In this document: piece after piece, positions 39,248 to 47,842 of the stretch | How the letters are laid out: the number at the start of each line of letters is the position of its first letter | Numbering within the stretch: the first letter of the stretch is position 1 | IMG/VR virus record: IMGVR_UViG_3300008120_000180 | Span: 1-61,701 of that record | Strand: one strand, 5' to 3' | From: a virus | Lineage: Duplodnaviria; Caudoviricetes | DNA length: 61,701 nt | Translations under genes and position numbers: made by a program | The notes under the pieces: model-generated | Databases searched by the model: none | What the model was told of the DNA's origin: nothing | Seen by the model: only the letters and a program-made list of their open reading frames with translations

Positions 39248-39302
39248 CCGGATTCTTATAAAGAAGTATTACATACTACTATTATTATTTATAAGAATCC
39301 GG
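39248..39302 (-). promoter_or_regulatory. 15-bp inverted repeat overlapping the HE3 late promoter
   Basis: CCGGATTCTTATAAA...TTTATAAGAATCCGG; TATAAATA on - at 39286-39293. Confidence 0.7.
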
Positions 39303-39311
39303 AACTCGATG

Positions 39312-39387
39312 TCGGGATGGCTGGATTCGAACCAGCGTTCTTCTGCTCCCAAGGCAGACGGATTAAACCAAACTTTCCCACATCCCG
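39312..39387 (-). tRNA. tRNA-Pro(TGG)
   Basis: TCTGC-CTTGGGA-GCAGA; acceptor CGGGATG/CATCCCG; CCA not fully encoded. Confidence 0.9.
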
Positions 39388-39397
39388 TTAATGATAT

Positions 39398-39565
39398 TTA
39401 AACTTCGTAAAATACTTCTTTAAATTCATAAATAGAAGAATTTTTAACTGCTGCTTTCGCCATTGGTAACGACTTATAAATTTTTCCACCAGCAGAATAA
39501 GCACTACCAGTTCTTACTTCTTTGGTAACTTTATTTATAGCAACCCATCCGATAGGAATCTTCAT
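39398..39565 (-). CDS. 55-aa hypothetical protein
   Basis: Manual translation MKIPIGWVAINKVTKEVRTG...; downstream of a sigma70 promoter. Confidence 0.55.
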   Translation of the reverse strand: MKIPIGWVAINKVTKEVRTGSAYSAGGKIYKSLPMAKAAVKNSSIYEFKEVFYEV

Positions 39566-39588
39566 TACTCACTCAACCTTATATTTAT

Positions 39589-39617
39589 ATTATATCACAT
39601 TTCTTTCGCTTCGTCAA
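39589..39617 (-). promoter_or_regulatory. Sigma70-type promoter heading the tRNA array
   Basis: TTGACG-N17-TATAAT with TGn extension. Confidence 0.7.
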
Positions 39618-39774
39618 GTTCTTCTTTTATTTTTTGTTTATTCTTTAGAGTAGAAATCATTCGATTACTTCTACAATATTCACAAGAACCATTATTTCTA
39701 CAATGAGAAGAAACAGATTTTCCACCAGTTAATTTATTTCTTTTGTTTTTTGTTTGTGTTCTTTTCCAACTCAT
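39595..39774 (-). CDS. Small basic Zn-finger-like phage protein
   Basis: Likely start MSWKRT at 39774 after TAAATA; CRNNGSCEYC..NR motif. Confidence 0.7.
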   Translation of the reverse strand: MSWKRTQTKNKRNKLTGGKSVSSHCRNNGSCEYCRSNRMISTLKNKQKIKEELDEAKEM

Positions 39775-39785
39775 ATGTTTATTTA

Positions 39786-39995
39786 GTAGGGAGAAGATTG
39801 AAATGAAATCTGAGCAATAAACAATTAGCAACAAACAACAAAATCCATATTATATTTGATCGTTACAATAAGCAACAAACAGAGAGTTTTTTATTTTACG
39901 ATTTTTCTATAACATGAGAAGTTTGCTAGTTTCCTTATGAGGGAAGTTTGTATATCCATAAAGGATAAAAGATTTCTTCTGGCCTTCTCCCACAA
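39786..39995 (-). ncRNA. Candidate ~210-nt structured RNA with heptamer repeats
   Basis: GGGAGAAG/CTTCTCCC and GAAATCT/AGATTTC long-range stems enclosing seven (T/C)TGYWNN heptamers. Confidence 0.55.
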
Positions 39996-39998
39996 CAA

Positions 39999-40562
39999 CT
40001 AGACGATTCTTAGAGTTTCTAAGAACTGCCAGTTGCTTTCACTAATCAGAATATGATTAGATGAATTGTATTCAGATAACTTATCTGTTAACTGAGTTTT
40101 TTCTTTCTTTAGATTGTAGATTTGATTTTCAACTCCTTCAACCATTTCTGTATTGATAAATGAGACATTCATATTTCGAGGGTACACATTAGTATCGCTG
40201 TTAATATGTTCTGCTTCATCTACCATTTCAGTTAGAGGTCGATCCCACTTCTTAACATCTAAAGAGGTAAGCATCGTTAGTTGCTTTTCTACAACAGCTA
40301 GATCGCCTAGAAGAGATGTAATACCAACATTTGTATTTGTAATACCAATCTGGTTCTTAATAGTTGCCAAGATCTTGTATAACTTTTCTTGTTTAACTAA
40401 AACATCAAGAAACTTAACTCTTCCCTCATGCACAAGACACACAACATCAATATTCTTTGTTACAACTTTTGTAGAAGATGGATTTGGTTTGTTGTTCACA
40501 AGCCATTTTTCAATCTCAGAAACAATCTGAGCAGCTTTTCGGAGTGTCACTTTATTTTCCAT
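39999..40562 (-). CDS. Long helical-hairpin/coiled-coil protein (DIP1984/DUF6847-like pattern)
   Basis: N-terminal VTLRKA, central I...N...GI..L, C-terminal L.D.L..YN....I.I; heptad periodicity. Confidence 0.6.
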   Translation of the reverse strand: MENKVTLRKAAQIVSEIEKWLVNNKPNPSSTKVVTKNIDVVCLVHEGRVKFLDVLVKQEKLYKILATIKNQIGITNTNVGITSLLGDLAVVEKQLTMLTSLDVKKWDRPLTEMVDEAEHINSDTNVYPRNMNVSFINTEMVEGVENQIYNLKKEKTQLTDKLSEYNSSNHILISESNWQFLETLRIV

Positions 40563-40571
40563 ATATCACCT

Positions 40572-40811
40572 TTATGATTCTTCTTTTGTTAATTTTCTAA
40601 AATAGAATTGATCCCAACCCCAAAGAATTTTTCCTTCTTTATTGGCAAGAACTACATGTCCTGGCATTTGTTCTATCTCACCAATACAGACCAAAACATC
40701 GCCTTGTTTAAATGGAAACTGATACTCGCCTTTCGGCAGATCAAAAACTTCAACTAAAAATGGTTTTTCACGTAATTGTTTAAGTCTTTTTTTGTATAAT
40801 CTGTTTTTCAT
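40572..40811 (-). CDS. Hypothetical phage protein
   Basis: 79 aa, GEIEQMPGH motif, operonic. Confidence 0.65.
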   Translation of the reverse strand: MKNRLYKKRLKQLREKPFLVEVFDLPKGEYQFPFKQGDVLVCIGEIEQMPGHVVLANKEGKILWGWDQFYFRKLTKEES

Positions 40812-40833
40812 AACTAATATCTCTTATATTATT

Positions 40834-40860
40834 TGGTCGCAATGGAGGGAGTTGAACCCT
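40834..40860 (-). other. Isolated tRNA 3' fragment (T-arm, acceptor strand, CCA)
   Basis: AGGG-TTCAACT-CCCT-CCATTGCG-A-CCA with no 5' half. Confidence 0.6.
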
Positions 40861-40877
40861 AGATTCTTCTTTTAAAT

Positions 40878-42194
40878 TTAAATTTTCTCCCCAGCGGTAA
40901 ATCCACGCCAAGACTTAAATCTCGGAAACCGTAGGGAGTAAGTTCCATCTTGATTTTGAGTAACAGCATCTGCAAGGACTTCAGCAATCTGCCCGATCAA
41001 TTTATCTTGATTCCCCCAAATATCGTTACGCTCTTCATCAGAAAATCCCGAGCCAACATTAACTGAGATGTTCTTACCATTATATTCGCCTTCACAAACA
41101 ATCGCACCAAGCGAACCCTTATTCTTACCAGTTCCTTCTTCAACTCCAACAACTCCAAGATCAAGAGAAATAACTGGCTTGGCCTTTAACCAAGAAGAAG
41201 AACGCTTACACTCGTAAGGAGCGTTCAAGTCCTTGATCATAATTCCTTCGTAACCACCTTCGATAGCCAACTCATTAATCTCACGAAGCCGATCTCGGCC
41301 TGCGACGGTCTCGAAATTAATAATTTCTGAAGAAAGAATCTTAATATTCGGAGTGGAATCTTTTACAAGATTGTACCAGATATTAAGTGCTTCAGAACGA
41401 GTCTCCTGAGTTTCTAAACACATTCCGGCAACGAAATCCTTCATAGGAATCATATCAAAGAGATGAAGAACCGCATCAGAAGTCTGAACATTTTCCTTAC
41501 GATTTAATTGCTTCATCAAATCCTGGAACTTTTCCGACATAACTTCACCATCAAAGACCCAGGGTTCAGAAAGAGCCTCAGAAATCTCAGAGAACTGATT
41601 ACGGATATGCGGAAAGTTTTCGAGTTCCTTACCATTACGAGAAAACTGAATTACACGACCATCAGGATAAACAAAGGTAAGAACTCGAACGCCATCTAAC
41701 TTAACTTCAATCTGCTTACGACCAATCAACTTAGACTGCTGATCAGTCGAATCCTGAGCGAGCTGACAAGAAAAAACAGGAACAAGATATTTATCAGAAG
41801 CACGAATGTTATTCACAACTTTATTCACTGTCTTTTCAGACAACCCACAACGAAGATCCTTGATCAGGATCCGACGATACCAATAATTCCATTCATCAAT
41901 CGTAGCCATGGACATAGCACGATTAATTTCATCTTTCGCATTATTACCAGTGATCTTACGATTTAAGAGATTATTCAATAAGCCAACAAATTCAGACCAA
42001 GAAAGACCAGAACCAGATGCGATCTTCTTCTCAGGAACTTGCTTCACACCGAACGTGAGCATATTATCCAAAGCATAACGTATTCCATAAAATAGAATAT
42101 CATTCTTATCACGGGCTTCACGCTCAAGAATCGCTTCTTTACCAAGCCGAGAATTATCGGATTCAAGTGCCTTAATAACTTTCCAGGGAATCAT
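40878..42194 (-). CDS. gp30: ATP-dependent DNA ligase
   Basis: EVKLDGVR (KxDG), FDGE, EGIMIK, WLKAK, VGSGFSD, LRFPRF. Confidence 0.95.
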   Translation of the reverse strand: MIPWKVIKALESDNSRLGKEAILEREARDKNDILFYGIRYALDNMLTFGVKQVPEKKIASGSGLSWSEFVGLLNNLLNRKITGNNAKDEINRAMSMATIDEWNYWYRRILIKDLRCGLSEKTVNKVVNNIRASDKYLVPVFSCQLAQDSTDQQSKLIGRKQIEVKLDGVRVLTFVYPDGRVIQFSRNGKELENFPHIRNQFSEISEALSEPWVFDGEVMSEKFQDLMKQLNRKENVQTSDAVLHLFDMIPMKDFVAGMCLETQETRSEALNIWYNLVKDSTPNIKILSSEIINFETVAGRDRLREINELAIEGGYEGIMIKDLNAPYECKRSSSWLKAKPVISLDLGVVGVEEGTGKNKGSLGAIVCEGEYNGKNISVNVGSGFSDEERNDIWGNQDKLIGQIAEVLADAVTQNQDGTYSLRFPRFKSWRGFTAGEKI

Positions 42195-42388
42195 TAATAG
42201 ATCTCCAAAATTTCTTCGAAACGAGCGATGTAAGATGTGGTATCACAATACGATTCAAGATCGAAAATCGGACAACCGGAAGAATCGACTCGAATATTTT
42301 TAACACACATCGAAAAATCCAATGGGACGCACCAAACCTCATCAAGAATCTTCACTTCTTTAGTGAACTTTCGTAATTCGTTAACCAT
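42194..42388 (-). CDS. Hypothetical protein
   Basis: 64 aa, first gene after a strong promoter, stop overlaps the ligase start. Confidence 0.6.
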   Translation of the reverse strand: MVNELRKFTKEVKILDEVWCVPLDFSMCVKNIRVDSSGCPIFDLESYCDTTSYIARFEEILEIY

Positions 42389-42394
42389 ACAACC

Positions 42395-42423
42395 ATTATA
42401 CCTTTTTCTGGTGAGGAAGTCAA
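42395..42423 (-). promoter_or_regulatory. Sigma70-type promoter, leaderless
   Basis: TTGACT-N17-TATAAT; ATG 6 nt downstream. Confidence 0.8.
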
Positions 42424-42439
42424 GGAAATTTGAAATTTT

Positions 42440-42691
42440 TATTCCCTTTGTTTTGAATGACTTAACTGCAAACTATTGAAAATAAAGAGAATAAAATTTT
42501 CGGCTTCCAGCGGTCCCATAAATTTTGGTATATAAGGGTATATTGAAGGTCGCTGCGATTGCTCCAGGCCCATCCTGGAGCTAAATGCACCCTCCACACG
42601 AATCGATATCGAATGTGCTGAACTTGTTTGAAAATTTTATTCTCTTTAGAATGAGTGACTTGCAGTTAAGTCATTCAAAACAAAGGGAATA
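42440..42691. repeat. Nested long inverted repeats
   Basis: 32-bp perfect IR 42440-42471/42660-42691; 19-bp IR 42483-42501/42630-42648; central GCTCCAGG/CCTGGAGC hairpin. Confidence 0.9.
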
Positions 42692-42707
42692 TTCTTTCGA
42701 AAAAATA

Positions 42708-42736
42708 TTGCTTCCTCTCCTCTAGTACGCTATAAT
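42708..42736 (+). promoter_or_regulatory. Sigma70-type promoter
   Basis: TTGCTT-N17-TATAAT. Confidence 0.7.
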
Positions 42737-42761
42737 TGTTCTGTTGGTTGATAAGGAAACT

Positions 42762-42959
42762 ATGAAAATCTATCTGCTAATTGAATCCAAAGAATATCTG
42801 TACGATGATCGTACATTCAAAACGAATTTAGAGGCTTTCGTTTGTCCGGTGGCAGCTAATTTAGAACTACAAAAATTAGAGGCTTCTAAGGAAACCTCTT
42901 ATTCTTATAGGTTAATTTATTACGTCGAGAGTGTATATCTCAATCAACAATCTTTTTGA
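42762..42959 (+). CDS. Hypothetical early protein
   Basis: AAGGA RBS before ATG 42762; MKIYLL... Confidence 0.6.
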   Translation: MKIYLLIESKEYLYDDRTFKTNLEAFVCPVAANLELQKLEASKETSYSYRLIYYVESVYLNQQSF

Positions 42960-43389
42960 TCGCTGTAAAGTTTATTACACCGTCTAAATTTTCTACTCGC
43001 ACACAGTTCTTTCCAAATTTTTCTGTTAACTCATTAATAGAAAAACTCGCCAAAGTATTTGTTATAAATTTATAGATATAAACATAGTCTTCATATGTTA
43101 TATCGTGTAAAGAACATTTTGCAAATATTCCTGTCTTAAGATCCTTTCTTTCTCTTTCGAAAAAGAACTTAAAGGATCTTTCTTTTTCCGCAAGAAAACA
43201 ATCAATCCAAACATCATCGTTTATCTTATATCCACTATAATCAATATTATTTCTGAATGGGAATTCTTCCTCTTCATTAAAGGATACGTATTTCTGCGAC
43301 CACTCTACAGATTTAATTTTCGGATATTTATCAAATAGCTCTTTAAAGAAAGAAGATAGATCTGTAATTGTATTTAAATTTCTATTCAT
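42940..43389 (-). CDS. Hypothetical protein
   Basis: 149-aa ORF; F..YP.IKSV.WSQ motif. Confidence 0.6.
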   Translation of the reverse strand: MNRNLNTITDLSSFFKELFDKYPKIKSVEWSQKYVSFNEEEEFPFRNNIDYSGYKINDDVWIDCFLAEKERSFKFFFERERKDLKTGIFAKCSLHDITYEDYVYIYKFITNTLASFSINELTEKFGKNCVRVENLDGVINFTAIKKIVD

Positions 43390-43397
43390 AGTATTTT

Positions 43398-43419
43398 ATG
43401 GGGACCTTTCGGTCCCCAT
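43398..43419 (-). terminator. Hairpin terminator after gp32
   Basis: ATGGGGACC-N4-GGTCCCCAT. Confidence 0.65.
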
Positions 43420-43425
43420 TCATTT

Positions 43426-44361
43426 TTACTCTTCAGCTAACTTACGGAAATAATCCAACGAATCATCATCTTCTTCAACTTCACCCGAAGATTTCGAATT
43501 ACCCCAAGGAACATCTTCTGTATCATCAGCAGAAGCAATTGCTTTACTTACTGGTTTTGATTCCATCTTAGCTGGAGAAGATGCTGGCTTAGAAGCACCA
43601 ACTAGGTTGGTCGAAGGTGCCTTAACACCAAGAACTTTATCGAGACGTGCGGATAATTCCTCATAAGTCTTAAAGTTCTTAGGATCGTGAAATTCGTTTA
43701 AATTATATAGCGAATTCCAAACTGTCTCAATAGCAGAATCATCTCCATCTAATAGAGGACATTGATTCTCAAAAATCGAATTATCGTAATTCGGATACCC
43801 ATCAACTCGCTTAATTTTCAAGCGGAAATTAGCACCTTGCCAAAATTCAAAAGGATCGATAGGATCTTCACCTTCGAAGACAGGCTTCATTGCTTCTTGA
43901 ATCTTATCGAAAATTTTCTTACCGTATTTGAATAGAAATACTTTGCCTTCATTTTGAGGATTCTTAGGATCCGAGATTACATAGATATTAGAAATATATT
44001 GTTGCTTACGTTTACGTTTACGAACGATTTCTTTATTCGCTTCAATACCTGTGGCCCATAATTCAGAATTACGTTCTGAACAAGGATCTGGCTTGCCAAT
44101 CGTTGTTAAAGAATTCTCGATATACCAACCACCAGGACCTTGAAATGCATGCGAATACATATTAATCCAAGGCAACTTATCATTCTTACCAGCTGGTAAG
44201 AAACGAATCAATGCAGTTCCATTACCTGTTTTCTCATCAATCGGAACAGACCAAAAACGATCATCTTGATAACTCTTAGTTCCGGAAGACATCTTCTCTA
44301 GTTCGGCAACTAGATTGTTTAAATTACTCTTACTTTTCTTTTTATAATCTGCGAAATTCAT
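43426..44361 (-). CDS. gp32: Single-stranded DNA-binding protein gp32
   Basis: DDRFW, IRFLPA, GGWYIENSLTTIG..DP, GKKIFDKI, acidic tail. Confidence 0.96.
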   Translation of the reverse strand: MNFADYKKKSKSNLNNLVAELEKMSSGTKSYQDDRFWSVPIDEKTGNGTALIRFLPAGKNDKLPWINMYSHAFQGPGGWYIENSLTTIGKPDPCSERNSELWATGIEANKEIVRKRKRKQQYISNIYVISDPKNPQNEGKVFLFKYGKKIFDKIQEAMKPVFEGEDPIDPFEFWQGANFRLKIKRVDGYPNYDNSIFENQCPLLDGDDSAIETVWNSLYNLNEFHDPKNFKTYEELSARLDKVLGVKAPSTNLVGASKPASSPAKMESKPVSKAIASADDTEDVPWGNSKSSGEVEEDDDSLDYFRKLAEE

Positions 44362-44375
44362 ATATTTCCTTTTTG

Positions 44376-44663
44376 TTAATTGATATTATTTGCTAGTTTT
44401 TTATTAAGATCGTCGATAATTTGCTTTAATACTGCATTTTCTTGCTGAAGTGTAATGATATCTTCTTTATGTTTAATTTCTTCCATTCTAAAGATATCCA
44501 TTAATTCATTGATAACAGATTCAAACACATCATCTAGTTCTCGTTTTACATCAAACAATTCTTTTAAAGATTCAGTAACTTCATGTAATTGAACACCACT
44601 TTCTTGAAGTGAAGAATCTTCAAAATTATCGGAGTCATCTTCTAAATAAATATAATCACTCAT
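44376..44663 (-). CDS. Acidic coiled-coil hypothetical protein
   Basis: 95 aa with AAGGA RBS. Confidence 0.65.
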   Translation of the reverse strand: MSDYIYLEDDSDNFEDSSLQESGVQLHEVTESLKELFDVKRELDDVFESVINELMDIFRMEEIKHKEDIITLQQENAVLKQIIDDLNKKLANNIN

Positions 44664-44707
44664 AATTTCCTTTCATAATTTAATCATACTACGCTGTTAG
44701 TATTTAG

Positions 44708-45337
44708 TCAAGTCAAAAATATTTCTTTAAACATAGATTTGATTTCTTTCGATTCCGGTAGATAATGCGAAATAAATGGATAATATTTAGTCATTAATAG
44801 ATATTGATCTTTCCAGATAGGATCGAAATCTTTTTTCTTATTCATGTTATTAGAGAATAACATGACAATATCTAAAGCGATAAATGTCTCAATCCTAATG
44901 TCATTCCTTAAAAGGAATTTGAATATAATTGGATGTGTACCTTCTTTTATTTTAAAGACATCAACTATTTCTATTTCAGATTTAAGACAATACTCTCTTA
45001 TAAGAGAGAATTCTTTTTTAAGATAATATCTAATTCCTTCAACATATCCTCTAAACTTAAGATATCTTGTTTCATTATCTTTTTCTAGCAAATCTTTAAC
45101 CCAAAAATTAGAGTTATGTATTTGCTCTACTAACATCTTTTCTATTATTTTTTCTCTACTAAATTTATGTGCCAGTTTATCGAAATGATACTTATCTTTT
45201 CTAGAATTATAAGATGCTTGAGTTGCTTTCGTTTTCCCGTTAAATTTGAAGAAATTATAAGAATTAGAACTAAAGTGCATTTTAAATGCTAGATATAATA
45301 CATAAGCATCAAATCCAGAAATTTGGGTTCCACTCAT
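44708..45337 (-). CDS. gp59: Helicase loader gp59
   Basis: Y.LYLA.K.HF...Y.FFK.NGK, RKDKY.F.KL, HP.I....L...I..ET. Confidence 0.9.
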   Translation of the reverse strand: MSGTQISGFDAYVLYLAFKMHFSSNSYNFFKFNGKTKATQASYNSRKDKYHFDKLAHKFSREKIIEKMLVEQIHNSNFWVKDLLEKDNETRYLKFRGYVEGIRYYLKKEFSLIREYCLKSEIEIVDVFKIKEGTHPIIFKFLLRNDIRIETFIALDIVMLFSNNMNKKKDFDPIWKDQYLLMTKYYPFISHYLPESKEIKSMFKEIFLT

Positions 45338-45618
45338 ATTGGTAATTTAGTCTGAGAATTAATATCCTTTCTTAAGAGTTTAAGAGCCTTAGCATCTTGC
45401 TCTATTTCACACCTTAATGATGCCGGAATAATTTTACAAACTGACTCAACATCATAAGAGTATTTATCGCAATACAATAAAAGAGCATCAATATAATTGA
45501 TATCGTGATGCCATACTAAATCCGTCACTTCATTATATATTTCTTCTGGTTTAATTATTAAATCTTCGATTGGTTCAAGTACCATTTTACTTCCCTTAAT
45601 TTGTAGTATCGAGCTCAT
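45334..45618 (-). CDS. gp33: Late promoter transcription co-activator gp33
   Basis: YIDALL.YC.....E...K.I...L...IE.DA..L.LL; C-terminal KLPI. Confidence 0.85.
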   Translation of the reverse strand: MSSILQIKGSKMVLEPIEDLIIKPEEIYNEVTDLVWHHDINYIDALLLYCDKYSYDVESVCKIIPASLRCEIEQDAKALKLLRKDINSQTKLPI

Positions 45619-45665
45619 AATACTATTATACTTGTTATCTGTACAAAAGAAAAATAAATTATGTA

Positions 45666-45694
45666 TTGACTTTAGAGGAATAAGACGTTATACT
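45666..45694 (+). promoter_or_regulatory. Consensus-like sigma70 promoter facing antisense into the uvsW operon
   Basis: TTGACT-N17-TATACT with no + strand ORF downstream. Confidence 0.55.
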
Positions 45695-45715
45695 AAGTGT
45701 GTAGCGACGTTAAAG

Positions 45716-45922
45716 TTATAGAATAATTAGATTACTTCTGGATTGTAACCCTTGTGTATAATCTTCTAGTAATTCTCTAACAACCAATCTTGCATTAACC
45801 CTACCCATATTCATCTGACCAGTTATCATTATCCTCCGATCGAGCTCGACCATTGCTTCTTCTAGATTAGTAGGAATAATTCTTTCGTAAGATGGTTTAG
45901 AAATTTTGATAATATTTTCCAT
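45716..45922 (-). CDS. Hypothetical protein
   Basis: 68 aa, abuts the uvsW stop. Confidence 0.6.
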   Translation of the reverse strand: MENIIKISKPSYERIIPTNLEEAMVELDRRIMITGQMNMGRVNARLVVRELLEDYTQGLQSRSNLIIL

Positions 45923-45923
45923 T

Positions 45924-47399
45924 TTATTTCTCCAATTTAATGTCTAAAATTTGATATTCAAAATCTTCTTCGTTATATATCTTAATTCTTTCTTTGAAGT
46001 GATTATATGCATAATTATTTTTATTCTTGTATCGCAAATCATCTACTAAATCAAATAGAACAGACGGACCAGATTTCTTATCTGAAGTCCTCAGAACTCT
46101 TCCGATTGATTGAAGAGTTCTGACTCTTGATTTAGAAGGATGTGTGAATATAATATTCTTAAGAGTAGGAATATTAATACCTGTAGAGAAAATTTGAGAA
46201 GATGCGACAATTATTGCATTATCTACATTGTCAATTGACTTTCTTACTGATTCTCTTATCTCAGTTTCAGTTCCACCAAATATAAAGAACACTGGTTTAT
46301 TAGTACATTCTTGTATTAAATCAAATATAATTCTTCCGTGTGCTTCAACTCTTGAGAACAATATTAATGTGTTTCCTTTTAAAGATGCCGCTAATTTTGC
46401 AATATATCTGTTTCTCTTCTCATTAGAGATAATAAATTGCACTTCATCTTCCCAAGAGGCTATCTTTAATTCTTTCTTTGTTATATCAGAGTATGAAAAA
46501 ACTAAGACATTTATATTTAAATCAGCTAACTTTTTTTCTTTTATTAATTTAGAAGTAGTGGTTAAGGAATACGCTTTCCCGAATAAACCTTCTACTTGTA
46601 GTTGATGTAATTGTTGGCCGGAAAGAGTTCCAGTAAAGCCAAATCTGTAATGTGCATTTACACACTTATCGAATAGCTTAGAAACTTCTTTTGCTGCGTA
46701 TAAATGTGTTTCGTCTCCGATAACAACAGAGAAATTATGAAACCATGATTCAGGATTATCATATATAGATTGCCAAGTGGAAATTATAATTCGCTTCTGC
46801 TCTCTAACCATTCCTGAATATATTCTTGTAATTTTATTAGAAGGTTCCCAATAAGGGAAGTAATCACAAATATCAGAATACATCTGTTCCACAAGAGATG
46901 TTGTAGGACAGATTAATAGAATATCGCCTTCGTCATTATCATAGTAAAACTTAATAATAGATGCTATTATCAGACTTTTGCCAGAAGCAGTTGGACTTAA
47001 AGCGATATATCTAGGATTTGTTATTGCACGTCTAATACCTTCTATCTGATAATCTCTTGGTTCAATACTTTGACCGTTATTGTACCATTTCGTTTGAGAA
47101 ATAAAATCATTCGCTTCTTTCTCGCTATAAGAGATATTATCAGATTCTTGTATAAAGTTATAACCATTATCCTTTGCATAACTTTCTACATAATGACTTA
47201 AACCTTTATGTAGTGTACAATTCTTCTTATTAAGAAGATGTATTTTCCCATCCCAAAGTCTTCTCTTAAACTTTGACATAAACTTAGCATTTGGAACGTC
47301 AAATGAAAGACGTTCCCATAATTCTTGAATTATACCTGGATCTGTTTCTACTCGGATCCATGTTGCGTTTATGTTAGTTAATTTTATAGTTGCATTCAC
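45924..47399 (-). CDS. uvsW: RNA-DNA/DNA helicase UvsW
   Basis: WDGKI, RDYQ, SPTASGKS, DETH, TGT, FSTGINIP, LQSIGRVLR. Confidence 0.95.
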   Translation of the reverse strand: MNATIKLTNINATWIRVETDPGIIQELWERLSFDVPNAKFMSKFKRRLWDGKIHLLNKKNCTLHKGLSHYVESYAKDNGYNFIQESDNISYSEKEANDFISQTKWYNNGQSIEPRDYQIEGIRRAITNPRYIALSPTASGKSLIIASIIKFYYDNDEGDILLICPTTSLVEQMYSDICDYFPYWEPSNKITRIYSGMVREQKRIIISTWQSIYDNPESWFHNFSVVIGDETHLYAAKEVSKLFDKCVNAHYRFGFTGTLSGQQLHQLQVEGLFGKAYSLTTTSKLIKEKKLADLNINVLVFSYSDITKKELKIASWEDEVQFIISNEKRNRYIAKLAASLKGNTLILFSRVEAHGRIIFDLIQECTNKPVFFIFGGTETEIRESVRKSIDNVDNAIIVASSQIFSTGINIPTLKNIIFTHPSKSRVRTLQSIGRVLRTSDKKSGPSVLFDLVDDLRYKNKNNYAYNHFKERIKIYNEEDFEYQILDIKLEK

Positions 47400-47410
47400 A
47401 TAACTATTTA

Positions 47411-47842
47411 TTATCCAATCTCACCACTATCGAATTTTAACATAGTTATTGCATTTTTAATAGAGAACTCACGCTGCTCAATTCCTCGTAGGATTTTTTC
47501 TAGATAGAAACATTTTTCTTTTTGCATTGCAATTTTATTTGATATTGTCAAAATATCTTCATCTGATTCTAGATATATATCTATGTCTTGTCTTAGAATT
47601 TTCTTATCGAATGGTTTCTCTTCATATTCTTCTGGAGATGCTTTACCAGAGTAATATTCCCATTTTTGTTTTCTCAGTATTGCGAACTTTGAAGTAAGAG
47701 TATGTAATAATACTTTTTCGTTCCTATAAATCTCTAGATACTTAGAAAGTATATTCGGCGTTCTTGTTGCTTCTTCAACAAGTTTAAACCTGTCGATCTT
47801 CATATCTTCATTTACCATCTTAACTAAGTCATCAAATTTCAT
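47411..47842 (-). CDS. uvsY: Recombination mediator UvsY
   Basis: P...SKYL, KWEYYSGKA, PFD.K, R.F.IKNAI; adjacent to uvsW. Confidence 0.9.
   Translation of the reverse strand: MKFDDLVKMVNEDMKIDRFKLVEEATRTPNILSKYLEIYRNEKVLLHTLTSKFAILRKQKWEYYSGKASPEEYEEKPFDKKILRQDIDIYLESDEDILTISNKIAMQKEKCFYLEKILRGIEQREFSIKNAITMLKFDSGEIG

Noticed and set aside
39210-39401. Plus-strand ORF 39210-39401, minus-strand ORF 56131-56316 and the 5' extension of 56183-56530
   Set aside because: They overlap tRNA genes; the real start of the last is 56309 with an AGGAGG RBS.
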